Shown here: positions 52,933-64,000 of the stretch, piece after piece
How the letters are laid out: each line of letters opens with the position of its first letter
How positions within the stretch are numbered: the stretch's first letter is position 1
Assembly (NCBI GenBank): GCA_964016885.1
Contig: OZ024744.1
Coordinates: 31,682,001-31,746,000, forward strand
Source of the DNA: Eledone cirrhosa
Lineage: Eukaryota
Reading direction: 5' to 3'
Length of the DNA: 64,000 nt
Program-made: the position numbers and the translations under genes
The notes under the pieces: model-generated
The model's input: the letters and a program-made list of their open reading frames with translations, nothing else
Databases searched by the model: none
Told to the model about the DNA's origin: nothing

Positions 52933-54264
52933 TTTAATTAATTAAGTAATTTAGTTAATATATGAAACCTGTCGATAAATCATTAGATTCCTTCACTTTT
53001 TTTATTTTATTTTTTTTTATTTTTATTCTGATAGCTTCTCATAATTTTCAAAAGTTTGTCCTTTCAATATCTTGATTAAAATATAGGTAAGATAAATTTC
53101 TATACTAAATATATTAAACATATTATTTTAACTTAAAATATTCTATAATATTTTGGGATATTTTAGTATTTTGATATTTGTAGAATTCGTTTGCGTTTTA
53201 AGTTATATTGATATAATTATATTTCCAAAATATAATCCTTTTGTATTTTATATACTCAATTGTACTATGTTATATATTGATGTATACTTATGTCTATATA
53301 CGGCTTATGTATCTATATATGTGTATTGACATACATATACATGTGTTATATGCTTTTTTGTGATTATATGTCTGTCTGTATATATGCATGAGTGACGCGT
53401 GTATACCAATTGGGTGAAGATGCACACACATATCTATTCATGTATAGCTAAGAATTATGGGTGGGAATGTACAGGCTTACACATGCAGTTTTTGATTGCA
53501 GATATGCATAACTTAACAGCCATAGATGCATGAAAGTTAATCCTATATATTTTATATATATATACTAAATTTTTTTAATTAATAACACAAGGAATGTATA
53601 GCAATAAATAAAGAATCACTTATGCTTTGTATGTATATATTATATGCGGGAGTAGATATAGTGTGTATTTTCTGAGTGAGTGTGTATATATATATATTTA
53701 TGTACCTTTGCCTATGTGTATGTGATATACGATAGGTAATTTCTCTAGCAATATATATATTTTATAATGTTTAAATTCCAATTTTTAATATATTGATCTC
53801 AATTTTTAAACTAAATATCTAATCATAATTAAGCAATGTGTAATTTCTCATATTATATATCTATATTCCATTCATGAATATTAATATTTCTAATTTTATT
53901 TATTCATTTCATCTCAATTGTTAACTCAACTTAATATGACATAACTTAAGGTTTTCGTTCTCTCCCCTCCCCCCCCTCTCTCTATCTCTATATATCTCTC
54001 TCTTGAGTTTTTTCTCTGTCTGATGGTTTGATATCTCCCCGTTATTTTCCTCTGTTCTCTTTTCTTTTTGCTTTCTTCTTTTTCTTTATCTATCTCTCCC
54101 TTTCTTTTCTCCACGTTTCTCTCTCTCTCCCTCCATCGGTTTACTTACTCTTAACACTATGACTTACTAAAGTAAACAAACCACTATCCTGATGGCCTCC
54201 AAAAGCAACGGTCACTTTTTAAAAGGGCACGTCAATGTCTATTTATAAAACTGTTATATATTGT

Positions 54265-54327
54265 ATTTTGTCTGATGAAGGCATACCATAATTTAACTTG
54301 GTATCCTTGAAATATATATAATGAAAT
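54265..54327 (+). ncRNA. Type I hammerhead in pLTR (inverted copy ~51091-51153 has CAGATGA)
   Basis: attttgt CTGATGA agg c atacca..tggtat c ctt GAAA tatata TA atgaaat. Confidence 0.82.
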
Positions 54328-54367
54328 AAATATGGTTTTATAAATATAGTTTCCATTTATTAATATC

Positions 54368-54413
<46 letters not shown>

Positions 54414-54514
54414 GATATTAATAAATGGAAACTATATTTATAAAACCATATTTATTTCATTATATATATTTCAAGGATACTAAGTTATGTATATATATAT
54501 ATATATGTATATAT

Positions 54515-55052
54515 ATTGTGTTATACTTTGGAAGGGTCATGCTGCCAATAAAAACACACGCACCTGTTAGTTTCCACTTCAATTTATTATACATTTTCGC
54601 TTGGTTGCTTGTTTGCTTCAATAACTGGGTGATTGTTTATATATTTTCAAATATCTTTCGTCACACATTCTGTGACCTCCTCAGTGACTGATTCCTTATT
54701 TTGTGCCCCCTCCTTTGTTCTGTTCTACACCATCTTGTGTGCTGTGTGCTTGGTTTGCACATGCGTTACATCCGGGTGTGTGTCTATTTTTATTTATTTG
54801 TTCTATCTGTGTGTTCCTGATTTGTTTTGTTAGTTAGGTTTTTGTGTGTGTCTGATTTGTTTTGTTAGTTTGGTTTTTATGTGCCTCTGTGTGTCTTCAT
54901 TTTGTCCTTAATTACTAGTTGTGATGTTGCTATTCCACTCATGTTTTCTGTTTAATTTTGGTTGGAGTTCTTTTATGTTTGTTGCCTCTGTGATTTGTCT
55001 GAGCATTGCATCTTTTCTGTGTGTGGATATCATTTTTACCTCTATGTCCTCT
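54515..55052 (-). mobile_element. PLE 3' end + pLTR related to 11884-12470 and 32331-36579
   Basis: Minus translation MISTHRKDAMLRQITEATNIKELQPKLNRKHEW; degenerate HHR CTGAGGA g gtcaca..tgtgac GAAA at ~54650-54688; ends in the MTLPKYN start. Confidence 0.82.
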
Positions 55053-55071
55053 AATGTGTGTGTGTGTGTGT

Positions 55072-55158
<87 letters not shown>

Positions 55159-55174
55159 CGTGTGTGTGTGTGTG

Positions 55175-55485
55175 TACAATATAGTTAGGTATATAGGTAT
55201 TTCATTTAATGTATATATATATACACAATATACACTATAGCCGGGTATATATTGATATTTCATTCGATATATATGCGCAGTATACACTATAGTTGGGTAT
55301 ATATTTCATTTGATATATATACTCTATATACACTATAGTTAGGTGTATATTGGTATTTCATTTGAAATATATACAATATATACACTATAGTTGGGTATAT
55401 ATTTCATTTGATATATATATATATTATATACAATATACACTATAGTTGGGTATATAGGTATTTCATATGATATATACACAATATA
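55175..55485. repeat. Minisatellite, tacactatagttgggtatat..tttcattt units
   Basis: About six diverged units. Confidence 0.8.
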
Positions 55486-56026
55486 TATTCTTCTATTCCA
55501 GACTGGATTCCTCCTCAATTCATCCCTTGGCTAAAATTCCTGCCTCGGGATTTTAAATTCCTCCTCTTCTGGGATCAATGTGCCTCCCATTTGAGAATGA
55601 CTGTCCTAGGGAGAGTTGTGTCTACTAATTGCAAGGATAATCTCAGTTAATCAAAATGTTTTCAACAAGTCCTCCTTCTATTACACATGTGTGACACTAC
55701 GGTATGTGTATTTATTATCATACAGAAGGCTCCCTTGAGGTATTTGCCCTTAGCCATATAGTCAAATTATAACCAGTTGCTTTAGAAATGTACTTTATCA
55801 CTTCCCAACTTAACACACACACACACACACACACACATGCGCTCATGCACATTGCAACACACACGCAGTCTTTCTTTCTATGCCTGTATCTCTTTTTCTC
55901 CTACACATAAACACGCATATATATACGTACACACACGCCCCCATAAAAGGACACATGAAACTGTGACGACGATGTATGTTTTACCATATATACATACATA
56001 TATAAATATACACACACACACAAATA

Positions 56027-56219
<193 letters not shown>

Positions 56220-56255
56220 TATATATATATATTATATATATATACATATATATAC

Positions 56256-56346
<91 letters not shown>

Positions 56347-56389
56347 CATATATATATACATATATATACATATATATATGTATATATAT

Positions 56390-56434
<45 letters not shown>

Positions 56435-57359
56435 TGTTATATGTTATATTTTATTATGTTATTCTTTAAAGCAGTCTATAAATATCTGGCGGCCATCTTT
56501 CAAAACACACGTCATCAACTTATCAAATAGGACTTCCTCCTCTACGCCACATTTCACCATTTCACTGTCTTTATCACCAACACCACCGCCACCATACACA
56601 CACTTTATATCATTCTTTCTACCTATCAAGCTTTCTTTCTTTTTTTCTTTCTTTCTTTCTTTCTTTCTTTCTTTCATTTTATTTTGTCTGTTTTTTTTCC
56701 ATTCATTCTTTGTTTTTTCATTTCTTTCTTTCATTCTATCATTTTTTTTTTATATTTCTTTCTTTTCATTCTTTCATTTTTTGTTTTATTTTTCTTCCTT
56801 ACTTTCTTTCTTTCCTTCTTTCTGTCTTTCTTTTTGTTTTTTTCCTCTTTTCTTCCTTGATTTCTTTCCAATTTTTCTTCATTCCTCCTTATATTTCCTC
56901 TGCCTCTTTCTTTCATTCTTTCTTCTCTTCACTATTTATTCCTTTCCTCCTCTTCTTCGTTATTTATTTATTCCACATTTATTTCCATCTGACTTTTTCA
57001 GCTCCAACTCAATCATTTTTATCTGTCGTTCTTCTTCCACTTTTTCTCCCAAAATTCCAACTTTGTCTGATTTACTCGTTTTATTTACAATCCTTTAACA
57101 TTTATAATGGTATTATAATGAAATAGTATGATAGAATATTAAATATTAAGTGTTAATTGAACAAGTACTTTCATGCTTTCGCAATCTTCAGGTTCATAAT
57201 GTGTGGTGACAGTCAAGTTTGCAATTTTCAACTTATATATATATATATACTCTATATATACACTATATATGATGTTGCCTAAGAGAAAGACAAAGGTCCA
57301 TACAGCTTGCCACCATCGATATCACAACTCATTTATACAATACAAATATATATATACAC

Positions 57360-57810
57360 TAGGTTCAATTCTCGAACCGGGCTTTGTGTTGTGTTCTTTA
57401 GACACTTTATTTCACGTTACTCCAGTTGATTCAGCTGAGTTGTGACGTCAATGGTGTCAAGCTGTGTCGGTCATTACCTTTCCCTTGGACAGCACCGGTG
57501 ACGTTGAGATGAGAGACTAGTATGTATGGGCAACTGCTGGTCTTCTACTAACAATCTTGCCTCGGATGGGGAACTTTCTAGGGGCAAATCCCATGGTCAT
57601 TCATGACCGAAGGTGGTCTTTACTGTTTACCTTTATATGCACTATATATAATCTTGTCCAAAAGAAAGACAAAGGTTAATACAGCTTGGCCCCAGTGAAG
57701 CACGGGCAAACAGGACCAACTTGAAAGGAAATGCTTTGCTCAACGACGCAACACACCACCCGGTGTGGAAATTGAATCCACGACGTTTCCACCGCTAACT
57801 ACTAGGCCTA
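57360..57810. mobile_element. Old tRNA-derived SINEs of a second family (plus 57360-57635; minus 57680-57810)
   Basis: ggttcaattctc B-box-like motif followed by gttgtgttc..gacactttatttcacgttactccag; reverse ggaaattgaatccacgac. Confidence 0.55.
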
Positions 57811-57840
57811 AACACCACACATGAAAAACTTTTATGTAGA

Positions 57841-58083
57841 CCAGTGGTTTCAAGTTTTTTCACTACTAAAGACACCTTTTTATTAATTACATTTGCCATT
57901 GAATTTCCATTCCAGTTTGTTATAAAGTGAGAACAACAATCTAAAAGAGAGAAGTGTTAATAATATTTAGAGAAGAAAAGACGCCCAACATTATATGTAT
58001 GTTACGTTTTTAACAAAGTACTTGAAATTTGAACATCTTTGTGGAAGCCAAAGGATTATGAAGCCAGAGGGTTAGGAACCATT
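57841..58083. mobile_element. Possible hAT-type MITE remnant
   Basis: cagtggtttcaa ... ttaggaaccatt degenerate terminal inverted repeats. Confidence 0.4.
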
Positions 58084-58120
58084 AATCTTCATCAGTCCAC
58101 AATACTAAAAGTGACATATA

Positions 58121-58380
58121 CTTCTTCTTCGCCCACTTATTTCTGAAAGGGGCATGGGGGAGATTTCTCAACCCCTCCTTCCAGCAGCTCTTATCAGAAG
58201 CAACCATCTCCAACTGATCCGGATGGACCCCCAAGCGTCACCAGATGAGTTCGTGGATGTTATCCAACAATCTTGCCGGAGTACTACTCCTGGGAATCCT
58301 GTCGGTTGATTTTGTCCGTAAAATCTGTCCAACGATTCTTTCCTGAGATATTCTAACCACATGCTCATAGTATCGGAGCA
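58121..58380 (-). mobile_element. RTE-type LINE 3' end related to 5497-6125
   Basis: Shared ttctaaccacatg and tcagaagcaac blocks; short (GAA)n tail. Confidence 0.7.
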
Positions 58381-59089
58381 TATTATTGGATTTTGATGTC
58401 ACTTTTAATATCGGAGATGTGATCGCTTTTAGTATTGAGAGATCATACCTCCAATATTAAAAGTGACATCAAAACCATGCAAATAGAACACCAAGGAACA
58501 GAGAGAATTATTGCAAACACACACACACACACACACACACAAACAAACACGACTGCTATCCTTAAAAGGAACATGAGAAATTTAGGAAAAAAGACTGAAT
58601 AGCGATGGTTAGAACGAACTACAGGTTTTCACGATCATGTCTAGTCTGAAAATAACAATTACAACAACAACAACAGCAACAAGAACAACATCAGCAACAA
58701 TAGCAACAACAACGGTTAACAGCAACGACGACAACAACAACAACAACAACAGCATCACCATCAACAATAACAACAACAACGGTTAACAGCAACAACAGAA
58801 TGTACACAAACAGCCAACTACAATAAAAATAACTTCTCGTGCCAACATTATCTCAAATCACAGAATATAAATAATTTAGAAATCTTATACAAAATCCCTT
58901 CAAAATCTTATATAAGAACCCTTCAAAATCCCCTGTAATCATCGTAAATATATTCTAACAACTCTTATTTTTGATAGGGTTGTGGATTGGCAGAATCCGT
59001 AGTGTATCGGATAGAATGCTTTACAGCAGCCCTATGGCTCACGACACCTCACTTTTCTAAAATAGAAGCATGGCGCGAACCATCCAAGC

Positions 59090-59412
59090 AACCACAACTG
59101 CCACCACCACCACCACCATCACCACAACTACCACCACCACTACAACTACCACCACTACCATAACTACCACCACTGCCACAACTACCATCACCACCAAAAC
59201 TACCACCACCACCACCACCACCACAGCTACCACCACAGCTACCACCACAACTACCACCACCACCACCACCACCACAACTGCCACCACCACCAACACCACC
59301 ACCACCACTACCACCACGACAACTGCCATCACCACCACCACAACCACAACTGCCACCACCACTACCACCACCACCACTACCACAATTGCCACCACCACAA
59401 CTACCACCACCA
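59090..59412. repeat. (ACC/ACA/ACT)n trinucleotide repeat
   Basis: Direct inspection. Confidence 0.9.
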
Positions 59413-59772
59413 TTTGGTAAAAGAAAGTCCTCAGGTCATTTGATTTCAAAACGTGCCGAACACACCTTTCCTAGGTCGATGAAATAAAGTACCAGTCAGA
59501 GACGTTCAATAGTTTAAAGTCTCTGAAGAGATACCTTGCAGTGTTTGTTCTGCTTCATTGTGTTCTGAATTTAAATATCGGTTTTACATCATTGCCTTAT
59601 TTCTTGATTGTCTCTATGAGGCACACACTGTTACAGACATTTGAGTTTGACCTCCTATTCGAATGATACCTTCATCACTTCAACCAAGCCCCGAGGCTGC
59701 AAGTTCAATTCTCGGACCGGTTTTAGGAAGCCGTAGCTATGCAAACACCGTGGGCTAACGCCCTCTGGTGAT

Positions 59773-59866
59773 GTCCAGCAGAAGCAAGGGGGGACAACCG
59801 TCTATGCATTTCAGGCTAACTGGCCTTCGTCAGGACGGTCCCTCCGACCGCTTGCGACTGCTGGAC
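59773..59866 (-). ncRNA. Canonical GC-rich type I hammerhead ribozyme with long stem I
   Basis: Minus strand accgtc CTGACGA aggc cagtta gcct GAAA tgca TA gacggt; stem I extends to gtccagcag/ctgctggac. Confidence 0.9.
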
Positions 59867-59925
59867 TAGATACGAAATATTTATACATATTGTATAAAGC
59901 TATGCTTGAAGCGAAATCCTAATTC

Positions 59926-60065
<140 letters not shown>

Positions 60066-60099
60066 TCAATAAACGTAATGAAGACATAACAAATCGTCC

Positions 60100-61262
60100 T
60101 TTTTATTATTATTTTTTTATTTTGCTTTATGTTCGTATGAAATATCACCAAGTCACAACCAGTGACCTCAAGAGACAACAAGGTCCGCTATGTTCAAGAA
60201 AGAACATACATACACACACATGTATCTTTAGGTGTTTAGACTTCTGATGTACTTATATTGACAGAATCTTCCTTGGTATATGGACATTTCCCATTAGTAC
60301 TATCTTTTGTATTTCTACTATACGTGGTCTTTCTGGGATTTGGGATAAGTAATCATTAGGCCCATTAGGTATCATTCATAGAGCGCCTACAACCACTGGT
60401 ATTGTTTTAGTTCTCAATTTCCACATTTTTCCAATTTCTATCTCCAGGTCCTTATACTTGCTCAATTTTTCAAATATTTTTATAGATACATTCTTGTCTA
60501 TTGGAACGAACATATCAATTAGCAGGCATACCCTCTTTTTAAAGTCCTTCAGTATTTTATCAGGTCTACTTGCATCTATTTTTCGGTCTGTTTGGATGCT
60601 AAAGTTCCACAAGATTGGGATGTGATCTTTTTCAAGTACGGGAGGTGGTTGATGCTCCCACCAATTCTTTTCATGGGCAGGTCAAAATGCTGACACATTA
60701 TCCAATGTATGTATTGTGCAGCTCTGTCGTGCCTGTTTAGGTATTCGGTTGGAGCTATATAGGACTGCACATTGAAATTATATGATCAATGGTCTCTGGT
60801 TGATTTTTACATACACGGCATAATGGGTTGCGTCCATTTTTCATGATGTTGGCTAGATAATTTTTGTTGGCAGACACTGATCTTGTGCTGATATAATCAA
60901 TCCTTCAGTCTCCGATTTCAGTCCAGAGGATGCCAACCACTGATGGGTTAAAGTTTTGTCACCATCAGGATTGTTAGCTCTTTCTGGGTATTTTCCATAC
61001 AGAGGCTTTTCTTGCCATTTCTTAGCCAGTTTCTGTAGCAGTTCTTTCTTTGCAGTTACTTTTACCTGCTTTGCTTTTTCTGTGTTTTCCATTTCAGCAG
61101 TAAATGGAACTTCTGAAATTTGTAATTCATTACTGTATCTTTGTGCATCTTTTGTAATGGAGAATGATCTTTTGATGCTTTCATGTTTCAAAACGAGTTT
61201 GATCATCCAATCATGTGATTCCCTTAGATATGTAGATAATCCAATTGTTGCAGTTTTCAAAC
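60100..61262 (-). mobile_element. 3' fragment of a second RLE (R4-like) non-LTR family, frameshifted
   Basis: LKSETEGLIISAQDQ, YLNRHDRAAQYIHW, ASRPDKIL..LLIDMFVP..KLSKYKDLEIEI..IPVVVGAL. Confidence 0.85.
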
Positions 61263-61366
61263 AATATCTAACTGCTGTTTAGTTCTACACCAATATAGTT
61301 ACTAGAAACTGCGCATCGAATGCTCACTCTGGTGAACCTACACTAACTGGATGTTACAATCCCCCG

Positions 61367-61398
<32 letters not shown>

Positions 61399-61460
61399 CA
61401 TCATCATAATCATCATCATCATCATCATCATTTTACGTCCGCTTTTCCCTGCTTGCAAGG

Positions 61461-61541
<81 letters not shown>

Positions 61542-61983
61542 GGGTGGTGGATTGTAACATCCAGTTGGTGTAGGTTCATCAGAGTGAACATTCGATGCGC
61601 AGTTTATATATATATATATATATTGATCGATTAATTGTTTATGTTTGTTTGATAACTTCTAGTTGATTGCTTAATTCGGTTTGTGTAAGGGAATTTTTAT
61701 TCCTTTGTTCCAAATTTTGAATTGACCGCCAAAATCGGGGGTTACCTCCCTTTGGGAAAACCATGTATATGTGAAGGTATGTATATTTCCTCTGATAATT
61801 TGTAATATTTTTACATAGATCTATATGATATACATACCAACACACATATACATCCTAGAAACGATCGTAAAATGATGAATTTTTTAATATAAGGAACTTG
61901 TTCTTTGTTTTTATTTCATTGTTTTTATTAATTTATATATATATATATGTATATATATATATACCCTTTTACTCGATGCGCAG

Positions 61984-62026
<43 letters not shown>

Positions 62027-62126
62027 TCTTTTACTCTTTTACCTGTTCCAGCCATCCGGCTGAGGCCATGCTGGGGTACCGCCCTTGAAAAATATGAAAC
62101 GCATCACGAATTTGCGTGTCATCCTT

Positions 62127-62161
<35 letters not shown>

Positions 62162-62173
62162 CATATACATACT

Positions 62174-62227
<54 letters not shown>

Positions 62228-62243
62228 CTGCCAATAGCACCCG

Positions 62244-62290
<47 letters not shown>

Positions 62291-62319
62291 TATATATCGA
62301 CTGCCAATAGCACCCGGAG

Positions 62320-64000
62320 ACTTGCTCCTAAATATCACTAAAGCAATCGACCAGTGCTACCACTCCAGAGTCCAATACGAGAAAAAACGGCTCAAGCGAA
62401 AATATGAGTGGATCTTGTCGAAACGCCACAACGAGAACATCGACACTAACGAACAGACGGACCAGAACCACGTGGAAAACAACAACTTAACAACCGCCAC
62501 CGCCGCAACCACCAACACCGAGCCATACCTCAACGATGCGACGCACCTGGTCACCGACCTAACCGGCACTCTCACGAGCGACGAGCTGAAACTCCTACAC
62601 CTCGGACCTAAGTTCATCGTCACAGAACGTCTCGACGACAGACTCAAACTCAAACTCAAGGCCAACTTTTGTCGAGGCCAACTTTTGTCGAGCCAACTTT
62701 TGTCGAGCCGCTTACCAACTTAAATGGGTGACCGCTATCAACAGCGCCACAGATAATAACAGCGCCGACTCAACCCACCCCAAGTTCCCCACTTACCACC
62801 CCGACGACCCACTCCACCCCCCACCCACCAACCACGAACTCGACACTAAACTCATCAGGCTAAAACACTCCATCTCGGATATACTTCACAAACACACACA
62901 CACACGCACAACACATAACCTCCCCAAATCTCAACTCACCACTCTCTCCAACCTAAAATCGAAGAACCTCATCTATCTCCCCTCCGACAAGGGAAAAGAA
63001 TTCTGCGTCATCAGCAGAAAGGCCTACAACACCCTGGCCCTCCAACACCTTGACGGTGACAACCTCTACTCCAAGGTCACGGGAATCACTCCCGCACAGA
63101 TAGAAGAACACATCAACTCCGCCTGGACCAACATCTGCGACCGGCGGAAGCTCCCGAAGAAGCTGAGATACAACCTCCTCACGAGGAACAGCAGAATACC
63201 CGCCTTCTACCACCTCGTGAAAACACACAAACAGGGTCCCGACCTGAAAATCAGGCCCATCGTATCGAGCGTAGAGGGACCACTCTACAAAATTTCATGG
63301 CTCCTAGCCAGAATACTCAAACCCATCTTAGACACCTTGCCGAAACACGTTAACAGCTCCGAGGAGGTGTTGAAGCGCCTGGATCAAATGGATCCCGACA
63401 CCAGAAAGAATAACAGATATGCTTTCAGCCTTGATGTAGTCGCTCTCTACACCTCGGTCCCGGCACTCCCGGCCGTCAATATACTAATGGAACGCGTCCA
63501 ATCCACCGACCTACACTGCTTCGGGCTCACCACCACTGACATCCACCAACTCCTATCCATCGTCGTCGACAACACCTACTTCGGATTCCTTGACCAAATA
63601 TACCAACAAACCTCGGGATTGCCCATGGGATCAAGCCTATCAGGTGTGCTAGCGATCTCCTACATGGACAACCTCGAACGCAAGGCACTCAACGCCTGCC
63701 ACCCCAACGCCGTAGCCTTTTTCTCAAGATACGTGGACGATATCCTCATCCTCACATCTTCCCAAGACACGGCGAACAGAATCTATGAGACGTTCAACAA
63801 TACGGACGAGAACATTGACTTCAGTGTTGAACACCCCAACGAAGACGGGTCACTTGCCCTCCTCGACTTCCGAATCAACAACACGGAACAAGGAGGGATC
63901 CACTGCAATTTCTACAGAAAGGCAGCCTGCAGGGACCTATTCGTTCACTACAAGTCCCCCCTCCCTAACAGTGCCAAAAGAGGATACATCACGAACGAGA
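62320..64000 (+). mobile_element. Penelope/Poseidon-type PLE RT region, runs off the window
   Basis: LHLGPKF, PSDKGKEF, LVKTHK..IRPIVSS, SLDVVALYTSVP, GLPMGSSLS, RYVDDIL; short tandem duplication near 62665-62710 breaks the frame. Confidence 0.9.

Larger units (their letters stand above)
50957..54371 (+). mobile_element. 5'-truncated Nematis/Neptune-type PLE with an inverted pLTR at its 5' side
   Basis: 51047-51372 is the inverse of 54041-54371; bounded by (TA)n; extra short inverted piece 54412-54487. Confidence 0.92.

Noticed and set aside
55175-55485. Repeat-spacer-like array resembling CRISPR
   Set aside because: Spacers are related AT-rich sequence, the context is eukaryotic and no cas genes are present; it is a minisatellite

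Overview
AT-rich animal DNA, saturated with repeats and microsatellites ((TA)n, (CA)n, (TACA)n, (GA)n, trinucleotides). The dominant tRNA-type SINE suggests an octopus/cephalopod genome (inference). No host-gene exon could be supported, and most ORF-track entries are microsatellite artefacts. The window holds: (i) many Penelope-like elements (PLEs; RT + GIY-YIG), nearly all embedded in (TA)n, often with inverted pseudo-LTR (pLTR) pieces forming palindromes; (ii) about 20 type I hammerhead ribozyme (HHR) motifs, intact or degenerate, on both strands; (iii) non-coding ~310-330 bp HHR-bearing units with terminal redundancy that look like animal retrozymes, with three HHRs (two in these units, one in a PLE 3' region) carrying the rare U3-A8 core TTGATAA; (iv) an intact 1169-aa R4/Dong-type non-LTR retrotransposon in (TACA)n plus a deleted copy in the same repeat; (v) a decayed Helitron, RTE and L1/Tx1 fragments, MITEs and many SINE copies. 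All structures were read by eye; boundaries are approximate unless stated.
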